Assembly: GCA_905178155.1 (NCBI GenBank)
Contig: CAJINV010000021.1
Coordinates: 545,530 to 609,529, forward strand
Length of the DNA stretch: 64,000 nucleotides
From: Amoebophrya sp. A120
Lineage: Eukaryota > Protista > Dinoflagellata
Direction of reading: 5' to 3'
The position numbers and the translations under genes were made by a program. This document shows positions 11,001-21,100 of the stretch, in pieces; position 1 is the stretch's first letter, and each line of letters opens with the position of its first letter. Under the pieces are notes generated by a model. That model made no database searches, was not told the DNA's origin, and was given only the letters and a program-made list of their open reading frames with translations.

Positions 11001-14000
11001 GCCGCCGCGCATGGTGATGCCATAATTTTGTTTGACATTGACAACGCATTCGTACAGAGCTTGATCGATTCGGAAATTTTCATTCGTCTGCCAAAGGAAT
11101 GGCGTGAGCAAAACGACGATGGTATTCGGAAGCTAGTTCGTGCCCTTTATGGGTTACCACAATCCCCGAGGCTGTGGGCAAAGCACTACGAAAAGAAGTT
11201 AGTCAGTCTCGGTTGGACACAGTCAACAGAAAAAGGGTTGTGGAGAAAGCTCTCCAAGGCCACAGGCAACAACTTCCAGAGTTACAAGAAGTTCAGTAAG
11301 TATATGAAGATGGGAGTTTATGTAGATGACAACACCGCAACAGGCCCGGACGAGCACGAGCTTAGGCATGAAGTCAGTTTGATTTTGAAAGAGTTTCCTG
11401 GCAAGATCATTGAGCCCGAACACCAGCCAAATGGTGATCTTTTGTATGATCAGCTCGGTGCAGACGTCCACTACAACCCGAACAAGTACAAAGTACGCAT
11501 TTGCATGCAGAGTTACATCCGAACAAAACTAGCTCCGAAGTTTGGCATGGTTGGTTGTAAGAAAGTTGACAATCCATGCTTCACCGAATCAGCTCTGTAC
11601 GATACCGCCTCGCCCGAAGTGAAATTCCCGTTGCGGGAAGCTGTAGGTGCCCTGCAATGGTGCGTAACGATTTGTAGGCCCGACATCGCGCAGCCCGTTA
11701 ACTGCCTCGCAAAGGTAGCAAGCAAGCCCTGCACCAAAGCAGTAGTCGCATGCGTAAAGAAAGTTTTGCGCTATGTCATTCACACCGAAGACGTAGGCAT
11801 CGACTACTCACCCGAGAACGAACAAAAGTTCAAGCAGGTATACGGATCACTTCTGCAAAAGGGAGAAAAGTTGAAAGACTGGAATCTCTTCACCGACGCA
11901 AGTTTTGCATCTTGTTTTGTAACGTTGAAAAGCACGTCTGGCGCTCTGCTGTACTACAGAGGCGCCCCCATCGTGTGGAAGACCGCGCGCCAATCGGTCA
12001 GAACGCATTCCACATTCGAAGCAGAGTTTGTAGCTGGCTCTGATGGACTGATCATGTCCGAGACATGCACCTTCAAGGGTTTTCTTGAAGATCGCGATGC
12101 TAGCGAAGACCTTTGGATGGACAATCAGACCGCCATCACGGTCGCCAAGACGCCAGGCGATGCACAGCGCCCGCGTAGCCGCCACGTTGCCCTGCGCTAC
12201 CACAAAGTTGCGGATGAATGCGAAAAGATTAAGTTCTGTCCCACTGAGCACATGAAAGCTGATTGCCTCACAAAGAACAATGTGCCTCGTGAGGTTCGAG
12301 ATCACGTCTTCCACCACAATCCGCACATGACGAACAAGAGGAAAGTGAAAGTGTCCGAAGACCCTGAGGAGGTCGACGCTTGTTTCACTGTGGTAGGCGT
12401 GCCCGGTCTCTTCTTTTCACTTGAAGACCTTTGGGCTTAGAAAGGAACTTGTATACGCCGGAGCCCCTTGCGCTTTTTCATGCCGTAGCCATCCTGATCG
12501 CTTTTGAAAGAAAAACTTGTGATCCACCATTCTGCTTTGCTTTTTCATTGCAAGCTTCTGGTGGTGATTTTGTCGCACAGCTTTTACTTGCTGCGATTTT
12601 CGAAAAACGGCTTGCGCTTGGGGGGGGGAATGTTGACTAGAGCTTTATGCACACAGCATGCAATGCGTGTTCAAGCTCCCCTGCGTGGTTCCATCGATCT
12701 TGATCTTCAGCACAGTAACGATCCTAACCGTTTAGCTTAGTCGTCTCGTCGTCTTTGTGGTCTGGTTGACCAAACCAAACGAATCAATCCATCTTGAAAC
12801 ACCACCTGTATACAGATGTGAATCAGTACTCCGTTCTGAATCATTCCAAACAGAAAGATGCGAACTCGACCGCTATTCGTATGCTGTGAATGTGTTCAGA
12901 ATTCCTAACACTTAGTTTAGCATGGCAAGTGTTACGCTCCGATGAATTGGTGAAATTTGTGATGCATCTAATTTGTATTGCATACCTGGCCGAAGACAAA
13001 GGGGTCCATGTCGAGCACTCCAGCTTTGAAGTAGTCCACTGTGTGAATCGTGCGCACATCTCCTGCGGCTAATTCAACCACCGCGCAGTCGTCTCCCGCG
13101 CCCTCTGTGACTTTCCCGAACGGTGCAGCTTGCTTGGCTTCTGTCTCGGTAGTTTTTGCGGCGGTACTACTGGGTAGTTGCTCGAGCCCCTTCGCAAGCA
13201 CCTTGCCTCCGAGCTTGCACGCGCACCCCCCACACCGCATCGTCGGGTCGATGGCCTGCCTGTCGTGCAGAGAAAGGTAAAGCGCGATGCGCTCGGAGGT
13301 TGTAGTGGACGTTTTCGCACCATTCGGGAGGAGCAAACTGGCAAAAATCGGGTCTGTTTCAGCGTCGGGCAGCATCCTGGGTAGCCCGTCCTCGGAATAT
13401 TGGCACATCCACTTCCGGTCAATCCAGTCTTTCAAATATGGATTGCAAAAGAAGTATCTGTATCGCGCTTACTTAGTATAAATTGCATGACAAATTATAA
13501 TTTAGTACTCAGCATTACAAAACAATAACAATGCGGGTTTAAAAATACGTTGGCAAAAAAAATGTAACGCATATTAAACACAACTAGAGTCTTACGAGTG
13601 CGATACTTTTGCAGAGGATATCAACTGAAAAAGCCACGCCGCTCGAATCGCCAAATCATCGCCCCGACTCGCCATCGCCGTACCGTCGCAGAGATTGAGC
13701 AGCCCCAACCACTCGGTTTGGGGTTTGTACGATTCGTACTGCGGTGGAGGTGGAGGTAGAGAAGTTGGATTTAAAGGTGTCGCAACACTCCCGCTCTTCA
13801 TCTCGCAGTGGAGCTTTAGGTTGTTGAACAGTGTCATTCCGGCCATCACCGCGAAAACGCCTGCTTTCGGCCTCTTGTAGCCTTTTATCGTCACGCAGTC
13901 GCCGGCGCCGAAAACGTCCGGGTTGGTGGTTGATTGCATAGAATTCGACACCAGCATCGTGCCATCCGTATCTTTTTCCAAGCCCGCCAGCTCTAAGCTG

Positions 14001-17000
14001 TCCACGAGGAATTTCGGGGGGAGGCCGCCGGTGCACCAGATGCAGTAGTCAAACGGGATTTTCTCCTTGTTTTTTACACCGTTGTCCCCCGCGACCAAGA
14101 ACTTTATGCATTGCCAAAGCATAACTATCGCACGAGTGCCGTCGTCCGTACACCTACGAATTATGCGGTCTGAAATGACGGATCTGCTTTATGCCTACCT
14201 ATTTCTGCAACTACATGACAAATTATTTCATATCTCTTTACGAGAAAATTATTTGAGATGATGCAAACTTCACTACATGCGAAGATAAAACTTCCTTTGC
14301 AATGCATAAACTTCTCGTTTCTCCGATTCGTCGACGACCAGGCGGAAACGGCGTCTTTAATAGGGCGGTTGGTCAACACCTTGACGCCCTTATGCATGTT
14401 GGCAAAAGTATCGATCTTGCTCTTGGGGCACTTGCATTACAAACTTGCTCAGCATGATAAATTCAATTTGTCATGCTAAATTATCTGAAAGCCCAGATTT
14501 GTAATACAGTTGTACTGCAATGAATTACTACGAGCACGACGCTTTTGCACAGCATATCCCTGCTCTTCCAACAGTTCCTGCACGAGCTGCCTTATCAAAT
14601 GTAAAAGTGTCTGGGTCTGGAAGAATGCAACTTGTGATGCTGCATCTGCAGCATTATCCAAAAATCTGTATTGCATGAACAGCAAAAGAGGCCTGGTTTT
14701 GGCCACAGCGAGAGGGCATTTCTCATGCGGTATAGGCATCAGAACGCCCTCACAATATCTGTGATGCTAGGGCATGCATCGCAGACATCAGGAGTCAAGC
14801 AAAATGTGCATGACAAACCTCTCATCCTTCCAGACCCAGACATGTTTACATTTGATATGCCTCGCAGGCGCGCCGTGGCCGGGTAGGAGCTGCTTCCCGG
14901 CGTGGATCAGGGAGATCTCGATGCCAGGTGGAAGCGACGGACTTGAGGAGGACGTAAGAGCTCTACTGTTTGGTGAAGTAGTAGATTTCGACGCTGGTAT
15001 TGTACTAGAAGTTGTAGAAACCCAGCTCGCACTTGCGGAATTGGTTTTCAACATTTGCAGTTGTGGAGATGTATCATTTCCTTTGATCATATAATTGTTT
15101 TTGCTGTTCACCACGCCCCCGCCGCCCCGTAATTCCACCTGTCTCTCCGCGATGACTTCCTTCAGCCTCCGGTTGCTTGCAAACGCCATCTCGACTCCCG
15201 CGGCTCCGCCACCAACGATGCAGATCTTCGTCGGGGTCGAGCTTTGGCTACTTGTCGCCGTGACTTTCTGCAAGATTTCCTCCCAGGCGACACTGAGTCC
15301 GTCGATCGGCTTTACCGCGGTGACGCCATTGGTGTTAGCGAAAGCGGGCTTGTCCGGAACCGACCCCACGTTGACAGAAATCACGTCAAACGCGAGGGGT
15401 GGCCGGGTGCTGGTGGGATTTATTTCGGCTTGCGCGGGATTGACGTCCAGCATGGAACTCAGGTTTTGTTTGCGGATTTTTCTCGTGAACATTCTGTAGT
15501 TCGACTTTTCATCCGGAAGTAGAGTTGTTGGCTCTCCTGCTGAGGGGACCACACCACCCGGGGACCCAACAATTATATCCGCTTTACTTTCCTGTTTCGA
15601 AGAAGCAGGCGAACCCGGAGCGGAAGCCGGTCTGACTCTTTCGAACATCTCGATATCCAGTGCATTTCTCGCTGAACTTCTTCCACCACTACCGAGTGGC
15701 GCTGTCGTTTTGAAGTGTACCTTCTTGCCCACAAAATCGATGTGGTCCACTTCCGCGACGATGAACCGCACGCGTGCGAACCTCGCCAGTCTATGGATCG
15801 CAAATATCCCTGGATGTCTGGAAGGAGACAAACTCGTGATGCGCATTTCAGAACAAAGAAAAATCTGTCATGCATAGGTAGCAAAAGCTGCCCACTTCCT
15901 GCCACCAAAGTGAGGGACTTGTCACGCGGTTTCGGCATTGCGGAAGCTTCTCGAAACCTGTGATGCTAGAGCTTCCATGCCAGACCTTCTGTGTCATGCA
16001 AAAACAGCATGAGTCTTCCACCAGACCCAGACATTTTTACATTTGATACAGTCGGAACAGATCCAAGTGCGCTTCCTCCTTCGTGTACATTCCCCCCACG
16101 TGGCCCGGAAGCATCCCGGAATACGGCGTCAGACAGGTCTTGCTGATCAGCGTCACCTATCAAATGCAAAAATGTCTGGGTCTGGAAGAATGCAACTTGT
16201 GATGCTGCATTTGGATGTCTAAAAAATTTGTGTTGCATGAGCAGCAAAGGGAGTCTAATTTTTGCTACCCGGAGAGGGCATTTGTCATGCGGAATAGGCA
16301 TTAAGAATCCCTCAAAAAACCTGTGATGCTAGGGCATGCATCACAGACATCATGGCTCATACAAAACGTGCATGCCAAGTCTCAGAATCTTCCAGAACCA
16401 GACATATTTGCAATTCATATCACCCGAGTGTTCTGCAGCGGCTTCATGGCCAGCATTTTCAGCACGTGCACGTGCGAGTGGCCGTATCCAAGAAAAAAAC
16501 GTTGCTAGTGTAAATTTGTGATGCTCAACATGCAAGATGATTGCGACTGTCATGCTCGGCATGCATCGCAGGGTCCATTAAAGGGCGTTTTCACGTACTA
16601 TCTGCGCATGATAGGTTTTTGCTGTCATGCCAGACAAATTTGTAATGCTGTTCTTCCAAAAAAGTCACACCTACAATGTTTTTTTCTTGGATAGGCCGCC
16701 CCCAACGAGCAGTAGGTCTTTCACCGGCACGCCCGTTTCCTCGAACTTTTTGTTCATTTCCTCGGCCATGGACTGGATCTGGGCGCTGGTCCGTACGTGC
16801 TGCAGCGGGCCGCCCTCGTACAGCCAGGTGTTCGGAAACTTCATCACGTTGCACACCCGGTTCCATTCCAGCCACAGCAGGTGGCGCCAGTTCTTGGAAG
16901 ACAACCAGTTTTGCAGGGAAAAGAAAGTTCGGTCATTGATGGTGCGGACCTGTAGTAGTTGTGTTGCGCCGTTTGGATCTTCCGATAGAGATTGGTCAGC

Positions 17001-17427
17001 AGCTCGTTTGTTCTCTATTCGCATCATGATCATGAAGAAGATGGAGCTGATGTTGGCATCTTTATCTATATTGCGTTTGGGACTCATCTAATTTCAAAAG
17101 CAATAGATCGGAGACAAGGAAGTCTACCACAAGAATCTCCAAAAGAAAAAAAACCTCTTTCCTCGGCTCTGGCAAGGGTAGCTTTTTCACAGCGCAAACT
17201 GGCCCGCCGTAAAACTTTCCATCCGACGTTCTCGGACCCCTTCCCGTTGCCGCCAGCTTGACGATGTAGGCAAAAGAGAAAAACGTCTCCTTCTTCTTCC
17301 ATGCCTGGAGCACCATTCTGACCAGCAGGGCGGTCGTGACTCCGGCCAAGGTCACGTTGGTAACGAGGTCGACGGTCTTTTTTGACGAAGTAGGGTCGCT
17401 GCCGGTGCCGGTGTAACGCGACAGCAT
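5003..17427 (-). CDS. selD: Multi-exon pyridine nucleotide-disulfide oxidoreductase (NADH-dehydrogenase-like)/selenophosphate synthetase fusion
   Basis: Spliced protein reads LLLVGGGHSHV, TPYSGMLPG, IVGGGAAGVE, GAGDC, PKAGVFAV (oxidoreductase), then MRCGGCACK, GDDCAV, HTVDYF, ALHSLSDVIAMG, VGGHT, TKPLGTG, TDITGFGLLGHLLEM, DPQTSGGLL (SelD). 11 introners plus one probable GT-AG intron (16950-17199). First exon less certain. Confidence 0.9.
5490..5665. mobile_element. Introner (TIR intron) in selD
   Basis: TATGGATTGCAAAACAAGTATC...GATACTTGTTGTTTTGCAATGCATA; TSD GATTG/GTTTG. Confidence 0.8.
5938..6097. mobile_element. Introner in selD
   Basis: TAT...ATA ends; TSD TCGTG/ACGTG; excision gives VGGHT-IEGD. 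Confidence 0.75.
6170..6344. mobile_element. Introner in selD (TGCAAAAGTATCG TIR family)
   Basis: TATGCATTGCAAAAGTATCG...CGATACTTTTGCAGAGCATA; perfect TSD GAGGT. Confidence 0.88.
6632..6911 (+). repeat. 5' LTR
   Basis: TGTTGACTAG...TTCCTAACA; identical by eye to 12631-12910. Confidence 0.97.
6926..6942 (+). promoter_or_regulatory. Putative tRNA primer-binding site
   Basis: TGGTGCCGCCGGTGAGA, complementary to a tRNA-like 3' end (...TCTCACCGGCGGCACCA); 14 nt from the LTR end. Confidence 0.6.
7068..8231 (+). CDS. gag: Copia Gag
   Basis: 387 aa with zinc knuckle CTYCQRPGHDVHYC (CX2CX4HX4C); ends in TGA in frame with pol. Confidence 0.9.
   Translation: MPTVDRKIICPEIKNSEGWTMWKHKIKSMMSMVLELDAQWQAILNDNTQQTNFQNVQPGLTAQQKQDVFSLESTFLNALQDDAAKLITNSQTVGFVKCYFLLSSHWDQKASSIDSDTTNNELITVCYDMEKDGDFSIWIYAEKYSKILLLKDRYPDAAAINRQMWDVLKFRLDPTCMKTIMAEIRNLNSTTATWEKEGLAMVMDFIKSGRMNIEKEQQATLHLARTNVAPANANPNAFLAGASSSSSSSGNKNSNFIVAPEGATFEQQLMCQSINNQTALVMMNKGHKGQGKHNNKNYNSNTYANRNQPYGNNAQNQGGLWCTYCQRPGHDVHYCYRKKRQQEKNTAPPPANNYGNNHKKGGGGGKGGGKHGVKKGGYKSHQKGRKW
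8274..12440 (+). CDS. pol: Copia Pol (protease, integrase, reverse transcriptase, RNase H)
   Basis: ILDSGTTH; HRRRGH...CPEC; DADFWGP/RSDN/NGVCER; LYGLPQS, VYVDD; FTDASFA, STFEAEF, ADCLTK; AT-hook-like RPRGRPKG. Confidence 0.96.
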   Translation: MLMDSNHDVKIDAELESNFVDVSKNTDEKSDVFDDDDNYYSCFYTSHDATSYNQKSLLCKIDQSMPIIECKINKSILDEGSAEERKQRTNRDILDSGTTHYVSSVLSDFVSFRSNPVKINGVGGTLQAKNPPRIGRLKTNRLGYSVGIFHSALPVRRLLPTTTLNAMGWSVKLEPKAVAKSEIVSRFADVAVPLENNPPDLPFLPDGELFGTGVALYCREFEEVLSEEDALSASRFGCNLFTPDCLSNCCKKRRVGQLDESASIFTGDALADCVEDFEHLCYLSKLDRHRRRGHIHVPGEEVFCPECALAKGGRSGARKERPQKYSDPTPLKQLDADFWGPVKPVSLTGNSWLLIFICPAVARVFEFKLKHKDQAYAVVERLIKQLRASDSIDLTDKVVWFVRSDNDPTFRAKKWEDTLQALSVFRQHSVPYVPQKNGVCERFMGTLGPGLRANLVGVDLRLWDYAASYFVYTWNRLQRKFYKRAPQFNGLSPLEACRQRKSLQNDRKVSRTEPQEPDEILKTSNFDSRMRRFGCLAYFLRQPVEGVKKLVEKYTKGVFLGYCDQSSCYLVGTYVKDDRYSKAGALRWAVYETNAVKFVESVLIDNVDSLRPGYRGGVVVSDDQLLQTICGSKDNARVVGSDRDCAPVRKNPGGSEVSGSGGVGGSNSLPLLEVEKAASQEHAHNASSASFKDINLQSNQHASGDNSQVQNPHSAPDSVSSRAPARNTVEHHEPDPEVVFGREKTKRPRGRPKGAKDKTQRTRRTKQQLSEAENSDAFYADFAEVINDCYVCDSVVDDFEEGEELVEALPQFANVAAMSSPDAPHWLEAKSLEKCKLEAFQTWRVPTPEELERAKTTGVVPIALVLSRKRCGKFKCRAVVLGNLYKPGGELEVYAPVISFGASRYLLIDAAAHGDAIILFDIDNAFVQSLIDSEIFIRLPKEWREQNDDGIRKLVRALYGLPQSPRLWAKHYEKKLVSLGWTQSTEKGLWRKLSKATGNNFQSYKKFSKYMKMGVYVDDNTATGPDEHELRHEVSLILKEFPGKIIEPEHQPNGDLLYDQLGADVHYNPNKYKVRICMQSYIRTKLAPKFGMVGCKKVDNPCFTESALYDTASPEVKFPLREAVGALQWCVTICRPDIAQPVNCLAKVASKPCTKAVVACVKKVLRYVIHTEDVGIDYSPENEQKFKQVYGSLLQKGEKLKDWNLFTDASFASCFVTLKSTSGALLYYRGAPIVWKTARQSVRTHSTFEAEFVAGSDGLIMSETCTFKGFLEDRDASEDLWMDNQTAITVAKTPGDAQRPRSRHVALRYHKVADECEKIKFCPTEHMKADCLTKNNVPREVRDHVFHHNPHMTNKRKVKVSEDPEEVDACFTVVGVPGLFFSLEDLWA
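12620..12630 (+). promoter_or_regulatory. Polypurine tract
   Basis: G-run plus AA immediately before the 3' LTR. Confidence 0.85.
12631..12910 (+). repeat. 3' LTR
   Basis: Direct repeat of 6632-6911, followed by TSD CTTAG. Confidence 0.97.
13437..13620. mobile_element. Introner in selD
   Basis: TATGGATTGCAAAAG...CTTTTGCAGAGGATA; TSD TCAAA/TCAAC; joins WLFQL-KDWID. Confidence 0.8.
14105..14308. mobile_element. Introner in selD
   Basis: TATGCATTGC...GCAATGCATA; TSD AACTT. Confidence 0.82.
14391..14556. mobile_element. Introner in selD
   Basis: TATGC...GCATA; TSD GCCCT/TCCCT; joins EQG-VKV. Confidence 0.8.
14593..14857. mobile_element. Introner (GTCTGGGTCTGGAAG TIR family)
   Basis: ~31-bp TIR; TSD TGCCT; can be read as a GC-AG intron. 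Confidence 0.9.
15792..16048. mobile_element. Introner (GTCTGGGTCTGGAAG TIR family)
   Basis: TSD CAGTC; joins HLDLF-RLARF; no canonical border pair. Confidence 0.87.
16158..16419. mobile_element. Introner (GTCTGGGTCTGGAAG TIR family)
   Basis: TSD TCACC; GT-AG readable; internal sequence similar to 14593-14857. Confidence 0.9.
16485..16693. mobile_element. Introner (TATCCAAGAAAAAAAC TIR family)
   Basis: TSD GGCCG; splits the Rossmann motif VGGG-HSH. Confidence 0.9.
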
Positions 17428-18178
17428 CTTGTTGCGTGCGCTCGATCGTCAAACTTCTGCGCAATGAAGAAGATGTTGAGCATAGGATTTTGTACTTACC
17501 GTAAAAATAAACTGTTTTAGCAAGAGGAAATGCAATTCCAATTTCTTCAATCAATCGTAAAATTTGATGGAACAATACATCAACCTTGTCATGAAACAAG
17601 TAAGTTCGTGCGTACGTCGAACAAGCTTTGACATCAAGGAACTGCGAAGTTGGTCATGGTAGACCGAGTTCAGGTACTTAGTACAGGCGGATCTTCTTCA
17701 TCTCGTTGAATACAACCGAATAGTAGTGGATCTTCGCTGACCCTGACGCTGAGTAGTAGGTCATAGCGTTACAACCTCTCTCGTACGGCCGTGCTCGATG
17801 GCTACTTCGAAAAGCTTTCTTCTTGTTTCCATAACCATATCTCTCCTTGACAAGAATCTTTATGAGCATAGACAAAATTTGCAAGGCTGAAAGAACAACA
17901 TCAGCCCCTGGTTGATGTGTTTCGTCTCCGCCTTATATTTTCGTTTGTACAAAAATACCAGGGCTGGTGCCATTTTTAACGGATGCGTGTCCGCGTGTCT
18001 TCGAAGTCAAAAGCAAAACGTCAAATTAGTCGTGGTGTTTGCATGACATTAACTATTGTAGGCGATTTATTTTTCACTGAAGTAGAAATGAGTTCAGTAA
18101 TTTGATGCAGTGTAGTAGCACTCCCACTCCCACTGTAGGACCCTGCGGTCCCTGTCTACTTCTCATTCAGTCACTTTA

Positions 18179-21100
18179 TCAAAGCTCCGCAATGGGTCCA
18201 TCCGGCCCGAAACCTGGTGGGTAACTCCACGGACCAAAATCAGGAGGGTAGGTGTCTCCGGTGGTTTCGTTCGTCGTTAGGTTTAGCAGCGGCGCTAGTT
18301 CTATACACTGCAAAAGTATCGCTATCGCAATGGTATAAATGCACATACAAATTTCCTCAGCATGAGAAATAAGATCTGTAATGCAGATTTATCTTTAAGA
18401 ACAAGATCTGTAATGCATCACAGCAATACGAGTACGATGCTTTTGCACAGCATAAGTTTCTGCATTTTGAACACGTCGCGGATGCGGGTGTAATCCTGTT
18501 TCAGAATCCCAAACGGCTCGGACGCATTCAACTTCTCCTGGCCGTCGATCGGCCAGTAGCTCCAACTCAGTCCCCGTTCTTCGAAATATTTCAAGACGTG
18601 TTCGAACCAGGGGTTTGCGGCGTCGTCCGCCCCAATCCCGAACTCCCCAACCCAAACGGGAGCGATGTCTTCCTTCACCAAATAGCCCCAATTCTGGTCG
18701 TATTCGTCCCGCAAGTCGCCATAGCTCTGCAGCTGCTGCTCGATGTGGCTGAAAACAAGTACAATTGCGGTCACAAAAATCGCCGCCACGACGGAGACAC
18801 GGCTGCGAATCGGGGTGGTGACCAGGCGGAGGGCTTCCTCGGGGGAAATGAGCTCCCGTTCTTGGTTTCGTTGTTGTTCTGGTGCGCCGAGGGAGGAGGT
18901 AGTCGCGGTGGCGATGGCAGCGTCGCGCGCAGCTGGGTTTATTTCTTCCATCAACGAAGCAGAAGTCCTTACCGAGACCGGCTGCGCTACTGCAGGGGTT
19001 CTTGGGGACAATAAATACGAAGGTGTTGAGGACAAGGCTTCGCTGCTACCGGAGCTGGAAATTGTCGTGACCGACGGCGTTGAGACGAAAGAAGAAGTGT
19101 CTTGTCTATTTTGGTTGGAAGATTTGATCGTGAAAGAACCGGTTGCAGTATCCTCCTGGTCCTCTGCTGAACTTCGCTGCTGCTCAAAATCGTCTTCGAT
19201 TGCTTGTTCCACTTCGGCATCCATTTGAGAAAGTCCTCGCGTTCTTCTTCTTCTTCCCTCTTGCTCATCGACAGGCGGGGGCCCAGCATCCTCCTGCCGC
19301 GCCCCGTCACTTCTGCTGCCCGTCCCAGTTGTGCTAGACGTGCACAGTGACAGAAACCGGTGCTGGACGTCCTCACTCGTGAGCAGATACCGCAGAACGA
19401 TGAGAAACCAGAGCACCAAGGAGACCACCCCGAACAGTGTGGCCAGGACCACGCAAACCACGCCGACGACCTGGTACGTGATATTGCAGCCCCCGGAAAG
19501 CTTCTTCGTTGCCAAGGCGAAGAGGGGGATGAAACCCAGGGACACAATCGCCCACAAATATATATAAAGCAGGGGTTTGGTGGGGTCGCAGGGGTTATTT
19601 TTGTCTAGCGCCGGAAGAGCAGAACCGCGGGAGCCAAAGCCCTTCTGTCGAAGGAAGGCTGCGCGGTTTGGCCAATTTGGTATCCTACCCCAATTCCACT
19701 AATTTCATACCCTCACCCGATTCGCCTTCTTTTGTACCCTACCCCGATTTGGCTAATTTTGTACCCTCCCCGAATTTTGTACCCTATCCCGATCTCCCTA
19801 ATTTTGTGCCCTAGCCCGATTTGGCAAATTCAGTACCCTCGCCGAATTGTGTACCCTATCCCGATTTGCCTAATTTTGTACCCTAGCCCGATTTGGCAAA
19901 TTCTGCACCCAGCACCCTCCTCGAGTTTTATACCCTACCCCGGGCAATTTTGTAAGTAGGTACCCTGCCCCGAAAGGCCTCCGCTTGCGCCCCCGGAAAA
20001 CACGGAAACACGGACACCGGGAAACACGGACACCGGGAAACACGGACACCGGGAAACACGGAAACCGGGAAACACGGAAACCGGGAAACACGGAAACCGG
20101 GAAACACGGAAACCGGGAAACACGGAAACCGGGAAACACGGAAGCCGGGAAACACGGAAACCGGGAAACACGGAAACCGGGCAACACGGTCGCGCTCGAC
20201 GTACCCCGCCAGGCCACCCGTTGCGTAGTAAGTCCGCGCGGTATTGCCCGCGCCGTGGGGTTGGTCCATCCGCCTCAGTGTTTTGCGGGTGTGGTCCATC
20301 CACCTCAGTGCTTTGTGCGTGTGGTCCATCCGCCTCAGTGTTTTGCGCGTGTGGTCCATCCGCCTCAGTAAAGGGAGTATCGCCCTCAAGCTCCTCCACA
20401 AGAAAGTCCAAAGCAAACAAGATCCCGCCCCCGTGTTGCACGCGTGTGGCCCATCCACCCCAGTGCTTTGCGCGTGAGATCCATCCGCCCCAATGTTTTG
20501 CGCCTGTGGTCCATCCGGGAAACACGGAAACCGGGAAACGGGCAACACGATCGCGCTCGACCTAGCTACCCCGCCAGGACGCCCATCGGTTGCTTATCAA
20601 GTCCGCGCGGTATTGCCCGCGCCGTGGGGGTGGTCCATCCGCCTTAGTGTTTTGCGNNNNNNNNNNNNNNNNNNNNNNNNNNNNNNNNNNNNNNNNNNNN
20701 NNNNNNNNNNNNNNNNNNNNNNNNNNNNNNNNNNNNNNNNNNNNNNNNNNNNNNNNNNNNNNNNNNNNNNNNNNNNNNNNNNNNNNNNNNNNNNNNNNNN
20801 NNNNNNNNNNNNNNNNNNNNNNNNNNNNNNNNNNNNNNNNNNNNNNNNNNNNNNNNNNNNNNNNNNNNNNNNNNNNNNNNNNNNNNNNNNNNNNNNNNNN
20901 NNNNNNNNNNNNNNNNNNNNNNNNNNNNNNNNNNNNNNNNNNNNNNNNNNNNNNNNNNNNNNNNNNNNNNNNNNNNNNNNNNNNNNNNNNNNNNNNNNNN
21001 NNNNNNNNNNNNNNNNNNNNNNNNNNNNNNNNNNNNNNNNNNNNNNNNNNNNNNNNNNNNNNNNNNNNNNNNNNNNNNNNNNNNNNNNNNNNNNNNNNNN

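Larger units (their letters stand above)
6632..12910 (+). mobile_element. Full-length Ty1/copia LTR retrotransposon
   Basis: Two 280-bp TG...CA LTRs, 5-bp TSD CTTAG (6627-6631, 12911-12915), gag and pol in PR-INT-RT-RH order. Confidence 0.97.
6556..12984. mobile_element. Introner in selD hosting the copia element
   Basis: TATCCACAGTAAATT...AATTTGTATTGCATA; TSD CCTGG; on minus strand reads CAG|GTATG...TACCAG|GTG (GT-AG intron 6552-12985), joining FGQ-VAALH. Confidence 0.85.

Noticed and set aside
12482-12492. GCCGTAGCCAT resembles the start of the dinoflagellate spliced leader
   Set aside because: Only 11 nt match and the rest diverges; plausible by chance.
14476-16562. Small similar ORFs (MPIPH.KCPL..., KCKxVWVWK) as a peptide family
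   Set aside because: They are translations of the repeated introner sequence.
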